DNA of 64,000 nt from Lingula anatina. Lineage: Eukaryota; Animalia; Brachiopoda. Both the position numbers and the translations under genes were made by a program. Shown one piece after another: positions 14,305-26,500 of the stretch. Position 1 is the stretch's first letter, and each line of letters begins with the position of its first letter. The notes below the pieces were generated by a model that was not told the DNA's origin, made no database searches, and saw nothing but the letters and a program-made list of their open reading frames with translations. The stretch is taken from NCBI GenBank assembly GCA_051362555.1, contig CM120642.1, forward strand, positions 33,542,001-33,606,000, in the 5' to 3' direction.

Positions 14305-17300
14305 AGTTTGGGTGGGTGGGTACATACACTATACTACATACGTACCTGCGTCGTATCCGTAGACCTCAAATTTACCACTGATATGGCCTCCCCAAGCCTG
14401 CACACTGAAGCGAACAAAGCGGCCGACCGCTGAGGGTTTCAAGTAATTGCTACGAACTGCAGTGCCCCAGTTCCCGTTGAAAACCTGTAATATTCCATGT
14501 GATTAACCCTTCAGTAATCAGATAAACTATTTTACAAGTACACTTTGAAAAAGGCGTTTACGAAAGTATAAATATGATCAGATTAAAGTGGCATTATAAA
14601 GACATGAGGAACCTATGGGTATTGCGCTTAAGGTACATATTTTCATTTTTTTACATACCTCCAAGGGAAATATCCATATCTTCTGAAACGGTGATATCAG
14701 GATATTTTGGTGAAATTACCCCGTCATGATTTCTGTTCTATCTAAATCTGCTACATATCTACATTGAATATAGCAGCGTGAACAACATATGGTAGTTACC
14801 TTGCATGCCCCATTTGTAACAGCATGACATTCGAAACTGACCCCGTCCACGGAGACCAGCAGCTCGTACTTGGTCACATACTGCGACCCACCGCCTCGGC
14901 CCTAAAATAAAATATTGAGAATATAATCGATGTTAAAGATCGACACCAGAACTGAGTCAGCTCGGATCCCAAGTACGTTTTACGGGCCATTGCTGTTTTA
15001 ACACGTGTTTGTGAGCTAATCTTACGACCAACTGACCTGTCGAATTATGTCAACCAGACTTGATGGCAAAGTCGCATTTATATATAAATATCCTAGTTAT
15101 AAGGCATAACTGACTAAACTAGATAATATGAAACTCAGCACCCTTCACTTGAACACAAAAGGAAAGTAAACCAAGTGAGTGTAATAGAGTTGAACTCGAG
15201 TTTCCACTTGAACAATAAGGATTGCAGAAAGTGTGACATGTCAGGGTCCATGTAACAGAAACTCTGCCCTCCATATAGTTATAACAGTTAGGGTTAGTTT
15301 GACCTAAGTGGGCCAAAATCTAGGGCACAGCTCACCTGAACAAAGTTGTGGGAAGTGAATTCTCTATTATGGGGGACTCTCTGTCACGTTACACCGGCCC
15401 AGACTTTTATAAAACGACGCTGTTTGACAAGATAACCCGCGTTGGAACAAGGCAACGTTGCCTTTACCTACCTGCGTGGCCACCTTGGTTATAACCATTG
15501 TTCTTTGCAGATCTATTTGGAACCATTCATTGACGACGTTGGTCGCCGCACACCAGGCGCCGCTCTTTGACATGGAGCCCCCAAGAATGGAACAACTTCC
15601 GTGGTATGTCGACGCCGAGAAAGCCGAGTCCGGTAAAAATGAACTGTGAGGTCTCTCGCGGCCTGTTGAAAACCCATTTTCATTAAATCGGGATGTTTAA
15701 TCAAAGGAATAAAATATACTATCAATAAAAATCAAATTAACTTACTGCAATCATTTTGGAACAAGTGTCTCCTGAAAGTGTCTCATGAAAATTCATACAA
15801 TGCAAACTCGCTCTCGAGATTGTGATAAATAAAGGTAACATACTGATAATGAAGTCCGGGATTTATTTTGTCAAAAGTGCGTTAAATACCCTCTAATATT
15901 TATAGAGAAGTGTGACAGGCAGCAGATATGAATCAAACCATTGGTACACTTGTACCCTGTTCAATCGCAGTGTATTCTGAGATGCTTCGATCTTGTAATG
16001 AATTAAGCGGAAATAGACTTCTATGAAATGCACTGAAATTTAGAACAACGAGGGGTTATATAATATAACAAAGTGTACACAAAAACACCGATAGCTTGGC
16101 CAACAGCTCAGGAAGTGGGCAGCTTACCGAGTATATCAGGAAAGACAAAATTGTGTAAATCAATACTCTTTTCACTATTGCTAAATCTGCTCATTCTGTT
16201 GAATGAATTAATGAAATGGAGCGTAGTAATATCTTATTCAGGTAATTTTAAGTCTTTTAGTAATTTCCCTTAATATTAAGTAGTCATTTAATGTACCTTG
16301 CAAGTTTATATCTGTACACAGTTGTTGTATCTAAATTTAGAATCTTGTTCGATAACGTGTATGTTAGCTTAAATATCCATGTGCTACAATTTAACAAATC
16401 ACAATTTAAATGTACATATATCAACTAAGAGTTAATAACATTATATTTGAACAGATATTTTTGCATTATTTCATTGAAATAACGTGACTTTGAACATGCT
16501 CAACATGGGATGCACAACATTCTAAATGAGAAACCTGCATCATATCCTATCATGTTTCTTTAGAACTAAGAAAGTAAAAAACCCAACCAAAACTTAAAAC
16601 GGGCAGTTTCAAATCCTTAAGAGTAGGGGAAGGAGGTGGGGTTAAAAAAGCTCCAAGTCTGCACGCAGTTGTAAATAAGCACTTTACACCTTGGCCAACC
16701 GGTAACAATTTGTATCCATTCTAATTATTGCTTCCTATTTCAATAAATACCTTACCTTCAACCCAGGAAGAGCAAACCAAGGGTCCCAGCGTCTCATAAC
16801 CGAATTCAGTAGAGTTATCGATGTCAGCGATCCTAGTCTGTACGATAGGAAGTAACACTTTCTCCTGGATGTAGCCTGCATCATATCTCCACACGGCGTC
16901 ATCGTTATCACAGCTGCACTGTTCTGTAAAGATAAACCATGATTCATTGCCAGCGAAAAGAGACTCGGGTTAATTGCCACTCCGGCCAGTTTCAAGACGT
17001 ATGCTGATGGTACTCCACAAGGAACGTCGTCAATGAGTTTAGTTAATATGATATTGCATCAGGCGATGCTTTGCAATTTCAATTAATAAACATGTCAAGT
17101 ACCTTAAATGTATTGGCATATACCAAATGCAATTGCTGTTGGTGATATTTGGTTTGTATATCTACATATGTATACATGTACTAGTATATCTTTGACAAGA
17201 TACATCAACATCACAAATCACATTGACTAAACACATTCATTCAAACTGTAATATTAATTGTAGAACACCACATGTTCAACCGATCATACTTGCCACAGTT

Positions 17301-18955
17301 TCTATCAATTCTTACCTGCACCCTCACTGCAGGCAGAGTATTTACCACAAAGGCACGTTGCAGTTGGAGAACCCCCCGCGAAGTAATGTCCCCAGTAATT
17401 GTACTGGCCGTAACGGTCAGTTTGAGAGGTCTCTGTCCCCATGCCTGTAAAGCAACAATATTCCTGCCTACTTTTCATTTTGCTTACAGCGTGTAATGTA
17501 GACTACAGGCTCTATCTTTGCTTGTAACATGAAAGTCATGAAATCGAACATTAAGACCAAACTGTGAAACCAATTCATAATTGCACCTAATGTAAGACAA
17601 CGGTAGCCTAATCTGAATACAAAGGTTCAAATGTCCTACCCCCTATTCCGTGACATTCTATCTTCCGGTACTGATGGCAATGGCTGGACGCGTCCACCAG
17701 GGTTGTTATCTGTGCTAACGTGGCACTTGTACCCACCAAACTTCGGTAAAGGTACCCTGGATGATCTGGTCCAAGTTGGCCACTTCGTCCCTCTAAGTTG
17801 TGGTGGACGATGGTCAGGGGAGGGTCAAAGGTCATGTCACACTCCACCCCAATCTCAGTCAGTGGACCAACGCCGTCCACATCTATAGTGTACGATCCAC
17901 TCGGATAACCGTTTGTTTTCAGGATGTCGCACGTCAGGGCTTCAAAACAAGGAAACATCGTTTTAATAGGGTTATCAGACAAATTAAACTGGTATCTTAT
18001 CTTTATAGAAATCAGACATACAAAATCTCTAGAATCACACCGTTAATCGACAATTTTAGCGGAAACACACCCAAACATACCATCTGAAAGAAGCGAGAAA
18101 AGAACTATTGCGGATGCTGTATTCACCCCGACTGGCCGGGAATTTGTTGCAGTCAACCTCAATGTGTACAGAAAACCCACAGTCAGATTAGCTACAAGTG
18201 ACGTCACATTATCTCGATGTCCAGGGTCAGGCATGGTCACTTTTGTGACGTAAGAATTATCATCAGAATTCTGTATTTTTACATCAATGGTGAAGGTTTG
18301 ATCAAAGCCGCCATTCTCTCCTGCCACCCATGTGATGTGAACAGTGGAGTTCTCTGTTATATTGACGAACATAATCGTCGGTGCTTGTGGCGGACCTACA
18401 ACAAAAATTCAAAGTATCGCAATATGTAAACTTATAACTAATAACAACCCCCCCCCCCCACACACACACACACAATACCATGCAGTTAAATTTTAGAATA
18501 TATCCAGTTTTCATCTTTTTTTCAATTTGGTCATCGACATAAGCATATTGGTAAATGTACCTTGAACAAAGAGAAAAAAAAGTAATGTTTAATGTACTTA
18601 ACCAAACCATGACGTCATAAAAGACCTCACCTTTGCCAGTATCTAAAAACTCCCAGTCGCTGTTTTCCTTTAGTACTGCCCCAGCCTCATCATGGATTGT
18701 TTTGTCATTTATTTCACACGTCCTGTTTGCTGGACTGTAGTTGACAGATGTACAGCCTACAGGACCAAGAGAGAGACATCTCTTTGAACAGTCTATTTTA
18801 GAGCGCACAGTGCGTACCACATCCAGTGCCCCGTTCTCTAAGCGAAATCCTTTTTGTACGCGAAAATTCTCCGAACGGTACACGCCGGCGTTGACCAATT
18901 GGTGCACCATACAGAGCACGATTGCTGCCTTGTTTATGCACTGTTTCAGTGTCAT
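9156..18955 (-). CDS. Gene A: secreted multidomain protein, SP-PAN/Apple-FN3-CasprFBG-F5/8C(discoidin)-SUEL lectin-CasprFBG-CasprFBG, 16 exons, ~1039 aa
   Basis: Exons 18955-18631, 18395-18081, 17939-17640, 17444-17316, 16923-16756, 15662-15472, 14901-14800, 14484-14346, 13890-13633, 13348-13161, 12909-12741, 12380-12303, 12174-12007, 10891-10676, 9745-9530, 9313-9156; 3120 nt, open frame, GT-AG. Motifs: PAN CSKRCL..CTSVNY..CEIN; Caspr FBG-like SGxYxxDPDG..VYCDM..WAGG..CNCD..GDT..TIGPLxC; discoidin AWCA..WFQIDL..VATQGR..VTKY..FEVYG; SUEL FGDPCPG..KYL. Confidence 0.88.
10601..10658. repeat. (TA)n microsatellite
   Basis: Uninterrupted AT dinucleotide run in intron 14 of gene A. Confidence 0.95.
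11301..11935. mobile_element. Kolobok-like non-autonomous DNA transposon, copy 1
   Basis: TTAA|AGCGATAATAACTCTTC ... GAAGAGTTATTATGACT|TTAA, i.e. TTAA TSD with AG..CT termini. Homologous to 34563-34912 and 55003-55340. Confidence 0.8.
15232..15393. mobile_element. Short TGT...ACA element (Ginger1-like MITE), degenerate copy in gene A intron 6
   Basis: Ends gttaca|ccgg. The body aligns by eye with 29575-29756. The left boundary is approximate. Confidence 0.55.
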
Positions 18956-20504
18956 GGCGCAAAATAACTTCGAAATTCTCTTTTCTATATATCAATCAAC
19001 ACGATGAGTAGTTTCAAATACATTTACGGATATATAGTGCTACATGTTTCAGATAGTCAAAGACTTTTACGTGGATATATATTGCCTCCAGAAATGCTAT
19101 CGATATTTTCCATAAAACGGATTGTCTCACTGTTAAATCATAAAGCTTTGTTTGTGACTACGTATTTTGGCGTTATTGACGGTTGTGTACATATAAATTA
19201 GCAAGTTAAACCCTTAAAAGTCTTTTCGGTAGCTGCTTTCCTTCTCAACAACGCGGTAATTTGTCCCATGTTTATTCAATTGATGTTAAGTGAAAGCTAA
19301 ATAACACATTTCCTTTGTATCTTCAGTCTACTGATTATTTGAAATCCTATCGGCTAATGGCCTCTTTAATGTCTGGAAAGAGCACGTATTATCTATGGTG
19401 CCTTGACCCCCTACATATCGAGTTGCCCGGAGTACATAATCCTATATCCTGAACAGGAAACAAACTGAGGTGATAGAAGAGCGCTGTTAAGGTTCAATGA
19501 TTAATTCTAGAACCGTGTTTCGGTGAAATCAGACCAGAAAAATTATCGATACCTAGCACAGTGTGAAGCCACTATTGTTTTGTAATGAGAGTTATTACCA
19601 GTATTATTGTGACGAATTGGAACTTTCACATGTTTATTCACCATTGGATTTTTTGTGCAAATTCAAGAGGATTAATACTCTATTTGTGCTCACCAATCAC
19701 GCATTCGCTTGCTTTTGTTGCATTTCCTTTTGCGTGATAATCACAATTTTCCATTCTGATCTGTCAATTCACCTTTAAATATTTTCTTTTAGGTAATTGC
19801 AAAAATCTTTGCTTTCAATTAGAAATTCAAGAATATTTTTTTAATTACATCATACTAAGTTGGCATGTGCTATACACGGGGCAGAATCTTACAATTTGAT
19901 TGAAATTAAACAATAAAACAAAACTATATATGACTTTGGTATTTTTCATCCTTTCTTTACACAAAACAATTCTCAAACTTGTTGACTCTTAGAAATTAAA
20001 CTTGCACATAATAACTCGTTAGGTCCTTTTTTACTTATTTGATTCTAATTTCTTTACTGCTTGCAATTAGTGAAGGCGTTAAAATCAAAAGGCACTTAAG
20101 AAGACAATGGGTACTCAATGTTAGCATTATTATCAACAAATACTAAATATAAAGACTTGGACGTCAACCAATAAAGACAAACTGATTTTAACACCAAAAA
20201 TCCAAGCCACTTGTGACCGGGGAAGATGACAATGACTCTTCAAGCATAACACCACACTTAGCTAGTAATCCTTGTGTTCTATGATATGTGTTTTTGGTGG
20301 TTTCTAGACAGGATGATAAGACAGAATCATTCTTTGCAGACTTAATGACATAGTCAAACACAGCGTGTAGGCCTACCAGCTATGGACCTTGGTCACGTGA
20401 ATGGCAATGGCCTGGCTACGCATTCAGTTACGTCAGACTAGTGCCGAAATACGTTTCCTGTATCACTGCTTATGCTTTAGAGTTCTAGAAGTTCACATTA
20501 GATT

Positions 20505-23500
20505 CTAACCCTGGCAAACCAGTGGTCCTATTGTATGATAGCCTTGTTCCGCTCCCTCGCCCGTGTCACCAACTTTTACCATAGTAACTGGCAGATAATC
20601 CGACTGAGTGATGTCACCTTCGTCTAATCGCCAAACGAAGTCATTTGAGTCACAGTTGCAATCTAAAAGTTAATGTATGAAGAGTATATGTAATAATGAA
20701 TATTTTGTTAAAAAATATCTCAACCTTTAACTATTGTTGTGTAATTCTATTACTCACCTTTAATATGATATAATATAATATAATATAACTTCACCTCGAA
20801 TATCACTTACTGTTACATGTCAATATGAAATGACAGGCCCCACTAGCTTTCTTGGTTACGATATAATTTCATCACCTCGTTGGTATCAAAACTTACGCTT
20901 GTTGGCGTTTGCACAGGATCCGTCTTTTGCGCATGCGCAATTGCCTGTGGCGCCATCTGGATCCCCGCCGGCCCAGAATGTTGACTGCTGTCCATGCCGA
21001 TCATACCAGGCGGTATGTATATTGGGACTGCTTTGAATATGTGAGCCGTAGCATTCATATTTGATGTACTGGGTACAGTTGAAACCAACGATATCTACAT
21101 AGGCCGCTATTTGATCTGTATTTACTGGAGAAACAAACAAATATACGCACACCTGATATACAACATGGCAGCAATGATATATATATAATGTGTGTGCATA
21201 TATAACGGTATATGTGAATGCTCTAATTAATGGAGTACAAAGATGATAATTAGTTTGAACACACTGAAAAAGCAACCAAGTTCAATTTTTGAAATTACGT
21301 AAAGCATTTTGCCTCAAAATCAGAACAATATCGCAGTAGCAACACTTACAGTTATATGTCAAATCTACCGAATAGGACAAAGCCGGATCATAGCCCATCA
21401 CGTGTGTCCTGTCTTCATAATCATGGTGAAAGGTCACAGTGGGTGGTGTGGTTGACATGTCACAATACACCTCGAAAGCGGCCACACCTCCACCGCCATC
21501 TGGGTCAACCCAATAGAGGCCGCTAGTGCTGTTAAACCGTTTCCATTCCGTGCAAGAGGGCAAAGCTAAAAAAAGACAGGAATATTCCATATGCCAGCAT
21601 ACTGAAACCTGTATAAAGTTGTGTAAGAACAGAACCATATCTGCATAAATTGTAGTTGAAAAAATTAAAGATGTCAAGGTAACTATAAGTATGAGATATT
21701 GAGGTAATATTTTACAATAAAAATCAATGGAATCTCACCAGGTTGACATTCCAATGGCCCAATGGTATAAAAGCCATATTCACCGGCGTGCCCCGTGTCA
21801 CCGTTGTAGAAAGCTTCAATTGGGAGCAAGGACTTGTCTGTGAAATATCCCTCATCTTCTCTCAACACTTTGTCGTTTTTATTACAGTTACAGTCACTTC
21901 TGCCGTCTGAATTAGACAACAGTGTAAATATATGTCAAATCGTGATTTTCCTGTGGATTGTTTTGGAGAGCGTAGGGGTACATTGGGTTCCAGATGTGAA
22001 CAGAAACTGTTCAGAGTTTTGGCAAAGGTAGTTTCCGCTGACCTCTGCCACTAAGAGCTATCAATGGATGCAATAATTTATAAGAATAAAATGCAAAGTA
22101 AAAGGACAAAAAAATCTTTAAAGGAGACATTCAGAAGCAATGGACCTGAAGACACTTGGATATGTATACCGCCTTATTTTTCATTTCTATATCGCTAGTT
22201 CACATGCTCAACGCTATCTAACGTAATCCAAACATTTAAAACCAAAACCAAGAAATGGACCTGGGATTGCTTACCATATAATGCTCGGAGGATTAACGTA
22301 TATACACTGAATGTATAGATGTACGTTATTTCAAGCAATCCGTCAAACAAAACGCGCGTGTACGTGCAGTGTAGCAAAGGAAAAAATGGGGCAATCTATT
22401 CCAAATAAAAACTTACCGACACAATTTCCAGCAACTCCACAGGCACATAAATTCGCACTATTACCACCAGCCCAATACGGGATTTTTGTACCACCTGAAT
22501 GTACAAGCGATGTTTAAGACACACAATGTTACATAAATAATATACATGTTTTTCAACAAACAAGATTAATTGTTTGAAATAGACCCGCACCTGGTTGGAC
22601 CAGCGGTAATCGCGATAACGGTTGAACTTTTTGTTGGTTTTAATTCCCCTCCTGCTTTTGTGGTTTTCAGAGGCAGAACATTGGTAACTGCCAGAGTATA
22701 AGGGTGCTACATAGGGGGTGGCTGCAGGGACAGCAAGGACACCGCAAGGAGAGTTTTAGGACACTTAAAGAGAAAGGGCTCTGTGTGATCACATTTAAAT
22801 TGACAAATCGATGTTGTATACACTGTAAAAACAGCGTTTAGCTCCAAGACACATTTCTAAGCACCTGTTTTGTCTCATTTTTTCGATGCGTTTAGCTCCT
22901 AAGCACGTTAAGCTCCTTAACATGTTGCACGCTTTGACGCGTATTAAATGTGGGGTGTATTTGCTTAACTTTTAGGTGGTAAGGGTTTCATCTCTTTTAG
23001 TCACACACACGCGTGTACACACACACACACACGAAGCCATGGTCACCTTTAAATGCTATAGCTATATCTATAACAGGGTACCGTGAACTGTCAACAGCGT
23101 TAACTTCACACCGTTACCTTTACAGCGGGACTTATTCATCCTTGTTTTAGCTGACCTTGCGAGGGAGTTTATTAGAATATGTTTCTGAAAATTAACATGT
23201 TGCACGCTTTGACGCGTATTAAATGTAGGGTGTATTTAACTTTTAGGTGGTAAGGGTTTCATCTGTTTTAGTCACACACGCGCGTACATACACACACACA
23301 CGCACACACACACACACACACACACAAACTAAGTCACGGTCACCTTTAACTGCTATAGCGATCTCTATCTATAACAGGGTACCGTGAACTGTCAACTACG
23401 TCGACATCACACCGTTACCTTCACAGCGGGACTTATTCATCCTTGTGTTAGCTGACCTTGCGAGGGAGTTAATTGGAATATATTTCTGAAAAACAAGTTA

Positions 23501-26500
23501 GGAAAATTCACAAGTTTACTGAGGACACGAAACAGCTATCACTTTTACTTTAACACATTTTTTTCATATTTTGATAAAATGCGTTACGGTATTGATGTCT
23601 ATTTATTTTTCCGGAAGTAATGGACAATAGAACATCACGATGATGGTGGGGTATTCATTATAATGGTTTATTTGAGCTTTCATTGCATGCTGGCTATTTT
23701 GGTAACGATAGTCCGAATATTTAACAAATCGCACCGCTCCTATGCCCAATTAGGAATTAACCGCTAACTGTAGTTCATACAGCACTAAAATCTAATAAAC
23801 GGATATATTAGATCTTAGTACAGCATAAGACGTGTTTTGATTATTTATGAAAAAGGTTTTCAAAACATTAAGTAATGTTTTTCCAGAATGTTATAAAACG
23901 CTCATAAAACCGCAGGGACATCATTTTGCATGGAGTTAAAAACACCCATAACGTTACCATAACGTTATTCTATACCATCACCATCATGTAACCAGCTGAT
24001 AACGTCGTGCTATTTGGATTATTAATAAATAGGCCAATTTTACATAATCACACCTTACTGCAAGGAAGGAAACAACGCGTTCGAGCAGGCTGTTCCACGC
24101 CTCCAACAGCTCCATACGTTTACAAGGGGAAGTGTTAAGCCAAATTGTTGAGTCTTGAAATAAACTTGTTATGGGATCGTATACATGGGATTGTGAAGTA
24201 TCTTTTTTTTCTGTGACAAGCTTGAAAAGCTAAGCGTGTTGTTCAGCGACTCCACGCGTTTAGGAATTCCACACCTATAGCAGTTCCATATGTTTAGCAG
24301 CCTCACGCGCTTAGCAGGGGAAGTGCTTAGCCAATGTGCTTAGCTTGTGATTGACTTATTATAGATTCATATGCCGGTGAAGCTAAACACATAGCTAAAC
24401 ATGTAACACTGTCAACGTGTCTAGCTTTTTCTTCTGTGAAACGCTTGAAAAGCTATACTTGCTTAGCTTTTACACATATTTCTAAATGCGTCTAGGTGCT
24501 TAACGTATGTTGAATGTATTCAAATGCTAAACACTGTCTTTACAGTGTACCTGACCTCTAGGTCATGTTGGAGAAACGGCGCGGCTCTTGCACTGATTCT
24601 AAACACGGAAAACCGCATACGATTTAATCTTATAGCACCCGTGGCAAATGTATACTATATAGTTTTTATTAGTTAATCGACCAAAGAAATATTGAATTAA
24701 AACTTGCCTCTGTCAGTAACGTAGTTGCAATTTCCAAGAGCCGCTGCACCGTGACACCTCCACTTGGCATACTGGGAGCAGGTGGCAATGGTGTCCACGA
24801 ACGGCGTCATTTGGGTAGAAATATCTACACTGAAGTAGTTCATAGTCTCGCTCCAACTCCCGCAGGCCTCATGACCCTAGAATATGGAATACGATGCACA
24901 ACACATTTCAAAAGTTTGCTACTGTAGAGATTCACATATCTTTATTGATATACATGTTCACATATTACCTCCTACCATAGATATATACAGCTGACTACAG
25001 CGTTATACGTTACTACGCGTATGAATACACGTGATATACTAGCTCATGTCTTGTGAACAAGTGGAACTTGGGGCGTCTGGGACCTGTGTTTGTAATACGA
25101 GTGTACATGTACCCTACTGAGTCTGTAATAATAATTAAAAATATACCTTACTGAGCCTGTTATAATAATCGAAAATAATGATTATTTAAATTTTAATTGA
25201 AAATATACCTTACTGGGTCTGTAATAATGCTTACAGATTTACCTTACTGGGTTTGTAATAATAATCAAATATATACCTCATTTGGTGTTAAATAATAATA
25301 ATGACAAATATACCTTAACAAGTTTTTTAATGATAATTATGATTATATATTACCAAAATCTGACTTGACTCTTCCATATCTCTAGTGTGATGAATGATTG
25401 TCTTCCCAGGTGGCGTGGTAGTCATGTCGCACTCTACCAAGAAAGGCCCAACACCATTGTTGGCTCCGTCAGGGTCGATTTCAAACTGACCGCTGTACCG
25501 AAAACCATGCATGTAGTACTCGTAGCACGAACTCATAATGGCTGTAAAATCAAAGCAACCCTTAGTGATATTTTGAATGGTATGACAATTTTGTGTGTTA
25601 CAATTATGTTTTATCATTTCCCTCACTCAATTTGCATGGCATGTAATGTGTTCTGATCTTTTTGAGACTCATGCAAAGCGATCATACAGGGTAGATTTTC
25701 TGTAAAACGTTACCCTTTGGTATTAATTTAAATGATACTTTAACAAACTTAATGGTGGCATATGTCGGGCTAAGTGGCAATAATGTGCGTGGCATTTTTA
25801 CCGCTTTGTGTACATCTTTATTTTTACAGATTAAGTGTCTGATTGGGTGTTTACATGCAGTCATTAAAGGGTCACCAAAAACAGAGAGAGACAAATCAAA
25901 TAAATATTGAGCAACATCATGATGTACTTACACACACATTTGTGAGTTATCCACAGGTACTTGGCAGGTCCTAAACACGGGTCACCAAATACTCCATTAC
26001 TTGAAGGAACTGCACAGCTAGTACGCTGCTGACACAGGTTCTTGACGGCTCTTATTGATCCTTTCTGATCTGCCCTGCAACCAACACTCTCTTGCCCGTA
26101 GAATACATCCAGAATATCTATCCACGTCCCAGGAGGACAGGAAAGAGTGACAGAACTGCGTTCATTTATCTGGCTGGTATTGGCGTACCCTTAAAATCGA
26201 AGCATGGGTGTCAAAAGTGTCATCAAAATATACTTGTCTATATGAAGTCGTATGTGCCAACTTACATCACACAATCTCATGTGCGTTATTAGCAAACTTT
26301 ATGTGGGGGCTAAACAATTAATAAATAATTGGTAAAATTGGCTAAAGGTAACGGACACTATTAGCCCCATCTAAAAAAACAGCTTGCTGGAAAGTAAATT
26401 GATTTAGACGTTATAATATCAATTATTCATAAAGGTATGTTATTATGTTTATATCTTCAATGTTAACACCTAGAAAATATGGCCGAACTAACCACAAAAA

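Noticed and set aside
15840-16370. Block conserved between A intron 5 and B intron 5 (~28570-29420) as a hidden exon
   Set aside because: No shared open frame or matching splice sites were found; similarity fits the A/B duplication, possibly of an old repeat fragment.
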